This document shows, piece after piece, positions 24,074 through 35,564 of a stretch of DNA of 64,000 bases. The stretch's first letter is position 1, and the number at the start of each line of letters is the position of its first letter. The stretch is taken from positions 62,001-126,000 of the forward strand of contig JAAPAO010000017.1 of assembly GCA_013115145.1 (NCBI GenBank). Direction: 5' to 3'. This stretch comes from Perkinsus chesapeaki ATCC PRA-425. Lineage: Eukaryota; Protista; Perkinsozoa. The notes beneath the pieces are model-generated. The model made no database searches, had not been told where the DNA came from, and saw nothing but the letters and a program-made list of their open reading frames with translations. The position numbers and the translations under genes were made by a program.

Positions 24074-25338
24074 ATGCGTTTCAGCAAAAGGCTCGCTTTG
24101 GCGATGCAAGAGGGGACCTTGCCCTACCTCTCTCAGAAGACAATAAAGCATCATTTAGTAGGCCTAGAGAAGCTGTCCAAGACCTATTCTAAACAAAATG
24201 TAAGGCGGGGGATGATAGTAATATAATTGTTATTAATAGGAAGTTATGGAAGAGGAGCCTATGGCCTCCTTGATATTTGTTAACACTGAGAGAGCTAGGT
24301 AATAGAGGAAAATACGGTATGGCTTGTATAGGTAGGTGTGGTAGGTATGGTATACCTCAGAGGGATGTTCTTTTAACTGTTGAGGAAATACGGTATCAAG
24401 ATGGTGAGATGTTTAGTGTTATTGACCGAGATATTGAATGTATTATGGGAGCTATAGAGGAGCTAGAGATGGGACTTATGCACGAGGTAATACACAGTGT
24501 GGGCGCTATTTTACGGTTTTTCTATCAGATTATGCAGTGGATATCCAATGCCAATGAAGGGGGGCTCATCCTAACAGAACGACAAGTGGAATGTGCTCCT
24601 CAGAAAAGTGGTCAGAAGCTAGCTCGGGCACTGGTAGTGGTAGATCTGGTTGTATTAGGTTGTGTGCTAGTTCCTCGTATTAGGTTGCTCATCACGTGAA
24701 ATGCCTTGGTACCGAGGCCGCTTGCTCCTGGGTCGAGTCCTATATCCGAAGCTACTGCCACTTCCATGATAACCTTACGAAGCTTATGGACTATGTCGAT
24801 GTTAACCTAGCGGGCTTTAGGAAGCTGCTGAAGAGGCATGACAAGAATATCCCCAAGCTGTTCCACGCAAGGCAGACTCCTTTCCTAGGGTAAGGGCAGG
24901 AGGAGGAGGGTGGGGTGATGGGTTGATTAGGTTCCAGTCGATTGTCACCAGGGTCACCATGAAGCTCTTTGTGGTGTCGGTGAAGGTGCATACCTTGCTT
25001 AAACAAGCTATCGACGAGATCGACCTCCAGTCACAAAGTACAGGCCCGTCGTCTGAGGTGGAGGCCCTCAGAGTTTTATTGGGTAAGCTATCACAGACGG
25101 CTCTTAGCTTCATGTGGCGGTTTCAGGGCCAGCACCGGTCCTAGGTGCAGAGACTGCTATGGTGGCCCATATAAGGTTTCCGAATCTCTTTGAGCCGGAA
25201 GTATCTGGATCAGACCCACAGCAACCTCAATACGAGCTGAGGGTGTGCAGTAGAGACTCGACCCCGGCAGCAGGACAGGAGACGTCGCATCATCATCGAC
25301 ATCACCAAGGTCATGCCCCCGCCGAGGCCTACAACTGA
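24074..25338 (+). CDS. SPX-domain protein (phosphate/inositol-pyrophosphate sensing family), multi-exon
   Basis: N-terminal MRFSKRL...YLSQKTIK resembles MKFGK...YxxLKK; C-terminal LMDYVDVNLAGFRKLLKRHDK is the SPX lysine-cluster signature. Confidence 0.75.
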
Positions 25339-25622
25339 GAATCGTGGCGCGCAAGATGTTGATTATTATTGCTGCTGTTAAAGAGTAGTGCATGTTTTGG
25401 CCGTCTAGTAAGCGTGTAAGCTCTTTCGGGTACGCTACTACTACAGGCCGTTGTTGTTGCTGATGCTGCTCCTCCGGGGCAGGCCATGACCTGCTGCTCG
25501 GGGCTGGGCCTTAGGAACGTAGCATAGATTCCGCACACTGCGGCGGATGGAGGCGTCAGTTGTGGTGTTGTTGAGTTCATCGGGTGATTGATTTTATCGG
25601 CAGTTTAATCTTCTTCACCAGC

Positions 25623-27163
25623 ATGACCACTACTACTGAAGACAGCACTGCCCCGGCTAAGGTGACTATTGAGGAGACCGCCAAGGTCACCGTTGAGGAG
25701 GGCACTCCTAAGGTGGACCTACCTGAGGGGGCCACTAAGCCACAGTCTGAGCCTATCGAGGATGATGGCAAAGACCACACTCCCACTGAAGACATGAACC
25801 GCCTCGTTCACTTTAATGCTTTGGAGCCTTCTCATGTTGGCACCATTAAGGACGTGTCAGCTGCTAACAAGCTGATTCAGAGGAAGTACGCTCCCAAGGA
25901 CTTCCATTGGTCCAAGTCCGCTGAGATTCACAGGATTAGGAGGAAGCAGATCATTGAAGCGTAGACGCATTCACCGTCTCCATTTACGTAGCTCCTCTCC
26001 TCTTCAGCCATCCGGAGATCCTCAAGGTCCAAGGTGCTGATAACAAGGGTGCCATCTTTGCCACTTGCACTGTGCTCATCCAGTTCATCATGTGCGTGGT
26101 GGTCCGTAACTGGTCCTGGCCATCGGTTATCTTCGCTACCTGGGTAAGGTGGTGATGGTGATGTTGTAGTTAGCTTCATCACTTTTCTTCTTGATCAGCT
26201 TGTATCCGGCTTTATGGAGCATTCTATTGTTATGGGTGGTCACGAGCTGTCGCACGATATGTTCTTCAAGACCAGAATCTACAACAGGATATTTTCGTAA
26301 GTCATCACAGTACTTCCGTTTCGCGTCGTGTATTGCATATATGTGATCTACTCAACCTCATAAATATCTTTATTGTATCATCATTGTCAGGCTCTTCCTT
26401 AATCTCCCCGTTGGTGTTGCTATGATGGCCACCTTCAGAAGGTATCATCTTGATCACCATACATCTCAAGGTGTCCCCGGTGTCGATGTCGATCTGCCCA
26501 CCAGACTCGAGGCTAACTTGTTCCAGCATAAGTTCGGCAAGTTCTTCTGGGCTCTCAATCAGCCATTCTTCTATTCGTTGAGGCCCCTCTTTGTGCACCC
26601 CCTCCCCATGAACTTCTACGAGCTTGTCAACTGGTTGGTCCAGATCCCTTTTGATATCATCGTAGTCAAGTACCTCGGATGGAAGTCCTTTTTCTACCTT
26701 ATCGGTGGTCTCTTCATGGGCTTGAGCATTTTCAACCCCATCTCTGGTCACTTCATCGCCGAGCATTATGAGTTTGTGTACGGCCAGGAGACCTACAGCT
26801 ACTACGGTCCTGCCAACTGGATTGTCTACAACGTTGGGTAAGTGCTACGCTCCGCCTATCCTTCCATCTTTTACTTTCAGTCTTCATAATGAGCATCATG
26901 ACTTCCCTAACGTGGCTGGCTTCAATTTGTGGAAGGTGAAGGCTATTGCTCCCGAATGGTAAGAGGAAGCTTGCTTGTAATTACTGTCATTATATCGTTG
27001 CTATAGGTATGATATGCCCAGCTACACCTCCTGGTCCAAGGTCCTTTATCAGTTCATCACGGGCGAGAATCTTAATTTGTAGGCCACGACTCCACCAGGC
27101 TCCTTCTTCCCTTCACCTTCTTCTGTTGTTAGGTACTGCCGTGTTATGCGTAAGCATGCATAA
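25623..27163 (+). CDS. DEGS: Sphingolipid delta-4 desaturase (dihydroceramide desaturase)-like, copy 1
   Basis: DFHWS...EIHRIRRKQII..HPEI N-terminal motif; His boxes HELSH, HLDHH and HNEHH; [37 protein letters not shown]. Confidence 0.92.
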
Positions 27164-27773
27164 ATCGGTTTGTTGAGTGTTGACTGTTGTTGTAACTGAA
27201 GACAGCTGCTACAGCTTTGTTCATTTTCCCGTGGTTGATTCTGTATAGCCCTATTCTACAGGGCAAATGCTAATTATTGTTCCTTATGACGTGTGCTGCC
27301 GTAATTAAGGCAGTCTACCATTTATACCTCATAATAATAATAATACTACTAACAGTGTATCTTTTTCGAAGAGCTTATGAGGAATATTAATAATGTGTTG
27401 AGTTAGTAATCAACAACTGGGAAGGGGGAGTGAGGCAGCACTCATCGGCGTTGGGGAGAGAGGCTCATCAACAGCCGAACGTGGCATTTTGCAGCTGCTG
27501 TTGATGATTGAAATCAGGTCTGAAATTGCAAAATCAGAGTCTAGTCCTAAACATCTAAGCTTTGACAACAAGCGCAATAGGTAGTCGATAGTCTCCTCCC
27601 TCTCCCGCCGCTCCCGCTCTCTGTAACTGTCTAGATTCACGGCTGTATCCGGCTCCTCATGTTGCAGTGTGTTATTGGTCATCGCACAGTATAGTGAGAG
27701 GAGGTGGTTGAATATGTTCTACTATGTTAACCTACAGTAAAGAGTTTAACATCGTTTTACCTCTGGTTTACGA

Positions 27774-28998
27774 ATGCCTATTACTGCTCCCCACCTCACG
27801 TCCCTACAAATGAGGATTCTGAAGAATCTATCCCATAACAACTTGCCAGAGGATCTGGAGTATACCATTTACACCTACATAACACCCTCGACTAGGCCTA
27901 CAAGGTGCGACCCAAGAGCATCATATCAATTACCGTTGAAGTTTGAGCCCGTCGCATCCTCGGTCATATTTGATCCCACTGGCCGGTTGATGGGTTCTTG
28001 GGAGGGTGATGATGACAAAAAGTTATCGTGTATCGGTCCTGGCTCTAAGAGAGCTTATGGTCCCTTCGGCCGCTCACGTGGTCAGACGAGTGAACTATCT
28101 ATAGCCATAGAAGGTGATATCTTGCTTTCTGTTTTAATGGGCGATGATCACCTCTATTGCGTGGGTCACGAGTCACAAACATTCTTCATCACTGGAACCG
28201 TAAAGCCGCCGACGGCAGCTGGGTTGAGGTGAAATCGTTTGAGTTTCCCAAGACAGTGAGATAAAGCCCGCTGGTGGGCATCTATTTGTATTGTTGGAGG
28301 ACCCCTATGATTTACACATGATGACGGCCAATGACGGCCTCGACCGCTTCGAATTCGTCACTCAACTGTCATGTTCCAGTCCAGATGATCTATTTTCGGA
28401 ATACACGGATGAGGAGTTTGTGAACTTCATGGTCGAGCATGATGAGGAGTACGATGAGATCTTCCTTGATGCTATTGTCCATGACAATCATGTAACCCAT
28501 ATCCTCTTCGCTAAGGCCGATCGTCATCTCTGCGTCTGGCGTCCTGGCGTGGGTGTATACCAGACCCGTGTGCCGAACATCTGCATTTGTAGATTCGTGC
28601 CTGGTACCAACGGGAAAGTAGTGGCTGGTGTCTTTGGCCATGATAGGAAGCCCCGTGGGTTTAACATATTTAATATCTATGATGGTAAGGTGCCCGGGCG
28701 CTCATTATCAGTTGAAAAACGGTTAAGGGTGGTCTCGCTCGTCATCATGCCTGATTGGCGTGTGTCTCTGGTTACTTATAACGACTGGGCACCTCAAGGA
28801 GCTAGAGGCGTCGCTAAGGTATTCCAGCTATCTAAAGGGACGGGCTCGTTTTACGATCATGGGTTCAACTCCCACTTACATCATTATGATGACTGTTATA
28901 ATGAGGGTTATGATTCCGATGGTGAGAGAGAGCTATTGGGCCTCAATGACAGGTACAGCAGTGATGGTTATGAGGATTACTACGACAACGACTGGTAA
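27774..28998 (+). pseudogene. Intronless F-box-like protein with two frameshifts (copy A)
   Basis: N-terminal NLPEDLEYTIYTYI is F-box-like; the frame must shift near 28160-28200 and near 28258 to reach EIKPAGGHLFVLL; shares HLCVWRP..CRFVPGTNGKVVAGVF with copy B; D/Y-rich tail. Confidence 0.65.
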
Positions 28999-29210
28999 AT
29001 AAGGATCATTATTACCTTTAAGTGTTCTCATGGTATCGATCAACTTTAATTATTTCTCATCACGTGACGATGTTGTGTTGTCGATCGAACTCTTACTAGT
29101 ATTAGAATAGTCACCTTCCTCCTCGGAGCTCTCCCATTGCAGTGGACGGGTTAGATATCCCTCGTTGGCAGTGAGATGTGCTCTACGTAGCCCACTATTG
29201 AGTTCAACTA

Positions 29211-30488
29211 ATGCTGAGACGTATCTACGATGCCGTCGCAACCGTTATCAATATGTTGTGGCCGTCGGGTCGCGGACGGCTGGGGGGGAAGCCTTTCAAG
29301 CAGGGAGCTGCTTATATAGCGGCTTTACAACTGACTCTACTGGAGAGCCTTTCTGATAGCTTACCTGAAGAACTGGAGGATTTAATATTCACCTTCATCA
29401 TGCCCATGAGAACACCTTCTTTTTGTGTGAAGAGTAGTCACTGTTTCCTGCCCTATCATTTACGACCTATTCCTTCAAATGATTCAACCGGGCTAAATGC
29501 GCCGCTGGTCTTCGGGGGAGAAATGCCGGAGAACAGAGGTATGGTTTACCATTCTTATCCGGGTAGCATGGTAGCACATGCTGCTCCGGTGACTCCGTTC
29601 ATCTACTCGGAAAATATCTGCTGTATCTCGGATGGACACCTACTCTACTATGATGATTACGTGTACAAGAATACGGTTTGTCGTATCGATATCCTGCAAG
29701 AGACTAGCCCTATCATTCAATTCCGATTCTATGACGAGATACGTCAAGTGAAGCCTGCAAGTGGTTATGTATTCGTGCTTCTTAGAGAGAGCGATGAGCT
29801 GTATATGATAGTGAATGATGATTACACTTATATAACCAGGTTGCCTGAGGTACCTATGTATACACATACTGATGTCTTCTTGGATGCTCTCGTTTACGAT
29901 GGTGAAGTTACCCAAGTCCTTTATAATCCAGATGGTCAACATCTTTGCATCTGGCGACCGTGCTTTGATGAGATATTCCGAGCTAAAGTTCCCGGGCCGT
30001 GCACTTGTAGATTCGTGCCTGGTACCAATGGTACTGTAGTGGCGGGAGTCTTTACCAGAACATGTAATTATGAAGAGCGTCGTTGGTTCAACGCCTTCCA
30101 TATCTACGATGGGTTAGTACCCGCTAAAGGCGTCCCAGTGGGACCTGGAATAGTTGTATCCGTTATCATCTCGCTATCATGTATCTTGTTGGTAAAAGTG
30201 GTTCTATACCAGCGGGAAGTTAAACAAGGACGTGTCGAGACTTATGCTTTCGACTCCCAGTGGCGCTTGCCGCTTGGACCTGATCCTCGCCCGCTCGAGG
30301 AAGATGACGTTGCCGATATATATCCTCCTGGCTTTGAGTTCTATTCAGCTAATCATCCCTATAATCGTTGCTCTATCAAATATAGTGCTGATAGAAAGAT
30401 GATTGAATATATCAAGGAGCCTGACTATTCCAGTTCTCAGTTCGATTCAGATGATGATGATGATGATGAGTGGGCCTACTATGAGTAG
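29211..30488 (+). CDS. Intronless F-box-like protein (copy B), 425 aa
   Basis: Single long ORF with SLPEELEDLIFTFI (F-box-like), a beta-rich body containing HLCIWRP..CRFVPGTNGTVVAGVF, and an acidic tail DSDDDDDDEWAYYE. Confidence 0.7.
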   Translation: MLRRIYDAVATVINMLWPSGRGRLGGKPFKQGAAYIAALQLTLLESLSDSLPEELEDLIFTFIMPMRTPSFCVKSSHCFLPYHLRPIPSNDSTGLNAPLVFGGEMPENRGMVYHSYPGSMVAHAAPVTPFIYSENICCISDGHLLYYDDYVYKNTVCRIDILQETSPIIQFRFYDEIRQVKPASGYVFVLLRESDELYMIVNDDYTYITRLPEVPMYTHTDVFLDALVYDGEVTQVLYNPDGQHLCIWRPCFDEIFRAKVPGPCTCRFVPGTNGTVVAGVFTRTCNYEERRWFNAFHIYDGLVPAKGVPVGPGIVVSVIISLSCILLVKVVLYQREVKQGRVETYAFDSQWRLPLGPDPRPLEEDDVADIYPPGFEFYSANHPYNRCSIKYSADRKMIEYIKEPDYSSSQFDSDDDDDDEWAYYE

Positions 30489-30953
30489 TGAGAGCTATTG
30501 CGAGGGTTTTATCAATCATTGATGAAGATGTGATTGGGGAAGTCAATCACCAGTACTTGGTATTTACTGGTGATTGGATTTGCCCACCCACCTTTCAGGA
30601 TCTGGTGGAGTCTCTACTTCAATTTCACTTATCATTCTTGAACGTCGTTGAGGGCAGCAGGACCTAACGTCTTACGATAATACGCTCCTATTGCTGTCCT
30701 GAACCTGTGAAGCTCGCGAGTTTGTCACTGGTGGCTTCAACACTAATTGTAATACTTCATTACAAAGTCTCTGAATGTATTCCGATGCCATCTGCGTTGG
30801 GAGCTAGCCCCTCAAGTGTGCATGAGGTTCGTGATGTATCTCACCAGCGGAAGATATGACGAGGATTCGGTAGACTAATTCATCCTTTTTAATGGCCCCA
30901 TCACTGAAAATGCCTTCTAACACCGATGAGGCTATGAGTCTGCCATCGGAGAT

Positions 30954-32803
30954 GAAGACACGGAACGTAGAGAGAAATGGAGAGGGAGGTGATAGAACTC
31001 CAACTAAGGAGATGAACAAGATGGTGCATTACGATGTCCTCGAGCCTTCAGAATGCAGTAAGAGGGAATTCATTAGAGAAGGAGTGAACGTCAAATCCGC
31101 CATGCCAAGATTTTTTCTCGTCCGCACGCCACAATTCTAGAAGTAGCTGGTGTTATGAATGTCTGTAAGTGGTATTATATTATGTTTTTTATGATATCTT
31201 TTACGATTACCAATGCTGCTTGTTTAGAGCCTGTACAGGACATCTCCGCCCATGCTGATGAGATTCAACGCAAGCATGCTCCTGACGACTTCCACTGGTC
31301 CCACAGCCCAGAGCTCCATAAAATCAGAAGGAAGAAGATTTTACAGACGTAGCGACAACAACACGCTTGCTAACTTTCATTGCGATAGGCATCCCGAGAT
31401 ATTGAAGGTCCAAGGCCCGGACCCGCTCGCTGCGGTGTTCTGTGTGGGCACTATGCTGGTACAGTTTATCATGTGCTATGTTGTACAGGAGTGGTCCTGG
31501 CCGGCTTTGCTAATAGCAACATATGTAAGACGGTCTCTGTTGGTCATGTTGGATGTTAGTTGATAAGGTTGTGTCGGGGACGATGAACCACTCGTTGGTG
31601 TTGGCCATGCATGAGCTATCCCATGACCTGTTCTTCAAGTCTAAGATGCTCAACAAGGCATTTTCGTAAGCATAGAGGAAGAATGATATGAAAATAAATT
31701 ACGAGAAAACTGCACCGTCCGAGAATCGAACTCGGGTCACAACGATGGCAACGTTGTATTCTACCACTAGACCAACGGTGCTGTTAACCAGAAAGTGCTT
31801 TAAACACGAAGCCCGGTTCAACTCTCAGCTCTTATATTCTCTATTACTCATTCAATTTAGTCTTTCTACCCACCTATCTATCTCCCCTACTCTCCTTTGT
31901 TCAGTATCTTCTGCAATTTACCCACCGGCGTAGCCTCCGCGGCGACATTCAGACGATATCATCTCGAACATCACTCCTCCCAGGTAACGGGTGCCTGCGA
32001 TCCTCACACTGTGCCGTCTGTGGTGCCTCCTTGTGCTCGTTTCCTCCAACCTCTCTCGTACTTGTAGTCATTTAACAACATTTCACCCCGTATGGGCGTG
32101 GCATCTCGGATGGATATCACAGTTACCCTTCGGCATTCAGCTCTTCTAGTTGAAGATCGCACATAAAGCAGCGTCTTGCTCTCAGGGCGTTGACAAGATA
32201 GATGTCGATATCCCAACACATGCTGAAGCGAAGCTCTTCCGTTCAGTTCTCGGTCGATTCGTATGGGCACTTTTCCAGCCGGTGTTTTACGGCCTTCGAC
32301 CGATGGTTATTCGCCCGTTGCCAATGGTCAAGTATGAGGCCATCAACTGGCTCGTTCAGCTCATCTTCGACATCGCCGTACTCAAGTTTCTGGGTTTGAA
32401 GTCATTTTTCTATCTGCTTTGGGGCAGCTTCTTCGGTCTTGGCTTGCACCCTATCTCTGGCCACTTCATCGCGGAGCACTTGGAAGCAGTGTACGGCCAG
32501 GAGACATTCAGCTACTACGGACCGCTCAATCTCCTGGCATACAATGTTGGGTAAGATAGCTAGTACCAAAGTCCGGGTCAGTGGTGTTAGAAGACGGTCA
32601 TCAGATACCACAACGAGCATCACGATTTCCCTGCCGTCGCAGGTCGCAATCTGCCCAAGGTGAAGGCACTCGCTCCTGAATGGTGAGCCCAACCGTGGCG
32701 CGTGACTGGTTAGAGCTGTGTGGCTTAGGTATGACATGCCGAGCTATGATTCCTGGACCAGAGTGCTCTACGATTTCATCAGCAAAGGGAATACTAACTT
32801 GTA
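30954..32803 (+). CDS. DEGS: Sphingolipid delta-4 desaturase-like, copy 2 (3' end approximate)
   Basis: [87 protein letters not shown]; same intron positions as copy 1. Confidence 0.92.
31711..31781 (-). tRNA. tRNA-Gly(GCC), antisense within an intron of desaturase copy 2
   Basis: Reverse complement GCACCGTTGGTCTAGTGGTAGAATACAACGTTGCCATCGTTGTGACCCGAGTTCGATTCTCGGACGGTGCA folds as a full cloverleaf with anticodon GCC and is followed by a TTTT Pol III terminator. Confidence 0.96.
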
Positions 32804-33229
32804 GGGCTCACTCCGACAATGCAATGTGTTCATCTTCATCATCAGGCTGTTGAGCATTAGCATCTGTTCGTGTCTCTTGGATGAACTCTTTGATTCGTTA
32901 TATAGAATTTATTATCTATTTTTGTCCGTGTGATATTCGACGAAACACTTGTCAAATTACCTCCCCTCACGAACGCATGTATGCACTCCGGCATCATCAC
33001 TATGATCATCAGATACTGTCGAGTGAAGCGCACGAAGGCGTGATTTCTTTTAAACAAAGTGCTGTCCGAGCGCTATCAGAATTATCCGGCTCTACGACAG
33101 CTCGAGTGATCCGGCTTATCGTTTTGCTGCAAAGCACGCGGAGTATCAGATTGAGTAGCACTATGACGTAGAATTTTTTCATGTACACGTGATCGATTGT
33201 GTTAACAGTGACCTGAGAAACAAGCCGTC

Positions 33230-33888
33230 ATGAGTCTAATCGAAAACAATGACAACAATCGAACATGCCGCCCGATGCCTCATCGGTACCAACCTCACAG
33301 CGCTCATTTTGTCGGTAACAGCCATTGTAGTCCTACAAGGATGCACTTACAACGAGGTGATGCTATGAAAAAAACAGACGAGTACTTCAGGAAACAACAC
33401 TCGCTCATCTCTCAGTGTTCGATGGCAAGTAGAATGGACCCCGGTAACTCGGTAAATGTTTATTTCGAACATGATGGTGCCTATCCAAGGGTCAGAGTAT
33501 TAAATGCCAGATGCTCAACCAGGGGAACGTACCGATGTCACATGAAGTAGCGAATCATGATCCATCCTAGAGTCTGGAGGAGCACGCTCCCCCTACGGAC
33601 CATCGGTAACTTCACGACGTCATGTAAAGAAGCCGCCGAATTCGTGCGGCCCACGTTGGAGGTAATCATTAACATGGCATGCTTGGACCCGAACCCAGAA
33701 GACAAGCGCGCATGGGTAAGCTGCCGACAGATGCTAACTTATTACTGTCGGACTCTTCACAGAAATTCTGCGTTGCCGACTTCTCCGACCATCGGCTGGT
33801 TTTCCGATTTCTGGCCGACGACTCGCTCGCTGTGACTCGGGTCTACTGCTTCTCGGCCCCCCGGTTGTGGAGTGACTACACAATGTAG
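33230..33888 (+). CDS. Small hypothetical multi-exon gene (5' end uncertain)
   Basis: Exon ..PNPEDKRAW|GTAAG splices in phase 0 through a ~45-nt intron to KFCVADFSDHRLVFRFLADD..WSDYTM*; no domain recognised. Confidence 0.35.
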
Positions 33889-35564
33889 CGGCAGAAGGAG
33901 CTCGCCGCCCCGTGAATAATGTTGCAGGTGGCTAGATCCCGAGGAGGCTGTGGTTCGTGGGGTTGTTGAAGACGATTGTCAAAAAGTTACTAGACAGAAG
34001 GAAAACGAGCTAGCCGAGCTCGGTGAAAGGATATGTCAATCGTACAGTAACTTCGCAGAACCCTGATGATAATGCCTGGTGGTACGCATCTTCATTGTCC
34101 CCCGTTTATTTGCATCTCGTGGCAAATTGCATCCGGCAATATACTAGGCGGTGCCTAGTAGGCGCAACTGGAATGCAAAGCTGGACATTATAGCTACTAG
34201 CTGTACAGCTGATTATCTGCGACGATATTACCATGTCATTACCATTTGTTAAATTATTGTTGTGGTCATTGAATGCTCGAGCCAGCTTATGGTGTTGAGT
34301 TCGAAGCATCAACGACTCAAACGTAACGCTCCAAACAAAGTTTCCTCGACAGTGCCAGTACGTACCGCCCAGAGGCTGCTGCTTTACAAGTCGTTTAAAA
34401 GAGTTGAGAGTCATCTTTTGCATAACGCACGTGAAAGTTCTTCTTATAATGCATCTCAGACTCTCGGCTTCCAGTCAGTTCCAAATAGATCTTCTCAGCG
34501 AGTTGGGATTTAACATAGTTACCGATAGATCAACCACTTGGGTGCGCCTACGTTTAGCCTCTGCTCCGTGGAGGCACCCTCGCATATTCTTCGCACAGCA
34601 TTTTCAAGAAGTCGTTTTCCCCCAGTCCGGGTTAGAATGTCAGCGGCTAGACCACGAAGTCCCGCGTTAGCTACTGACGATCGGATAGCTTCCTAATCAA
34701 TTTGTAGACGACAAACGCAAGGTTGTGCACCGCTCTTGTGAATTAGGGGAACTATGTGAAGTATACGTTATGTACAGTAATACCATATTGCGCGAGATTT
34801 GTTCTCACAAGATGGGCCCCCCTTCTTGAAATACGATTCCATTCATCGATGGGCTCAAGTAAAGAGAAAGTTGTGCGGCGCTGATGGTAATGGAGAGACT
34901 TACCTAACGTGGACCATCAGCCGAAAATCCACCTGGCGGGCACCTCTCACTCCAGCTTCGCCTTTGGATGACGTGTTCAGGGAGAACGTTCTCGTTAGTG
35001 ACCTTTAAAGGGGCGAGGGGGAGGCAGCTAAGACTGTCCCTTAGTGGGGACGACTTATCTGCTATCACTCGTGAACGTGACAGATAAAGGGGTTCATGGG
35101 GTAAAACGCACTCGCACTCGACCTCCCCGCATGCCATACAGAAAAAAAACAACCGCTTTAAGTTGCGGACAGCCAATGGTACATACACATCATGGTCGAA
35201 GGGACAGGAGGTGTCTACAAATGAAATGGCTACACTCGTTGGCGTAGAAGTCTGTGAGTGAGCAAGCACACTCTGCATCTATATTGTATATTTTGCTGAC
35301 TTGCCGCATTGCTCGGCTGACGTAATTGCTGGGTAGTTGAGTTCCTGTGACGTTCAGTCGTCGATGGATCATCCCTGTTACTATCGTGCAACAAAACAGT
35401 TGTGATTGACACTAATGAGAATTAGTTGTATTAGCTTATAAGCTCTGGAATGAGGTGTTTCTCAAAATGAACGGGATAATAAGTGACTAGAGGAAAGGAT
35501 GCATACAAACAAGTGAAATAGAGGGTGTGCGGCATTCCCACCCTGCCGGCCATCACACCTTGCT

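Noticed and set aside
27410-27682. 90-aa minus-strand ORF
   Set aside because: No motif or splice support; cannot be called a gene.
34100-35500. Scattered 60-124 aa ORFs
   Set aside because: No consistent strand, splice pattern or domain recognised.
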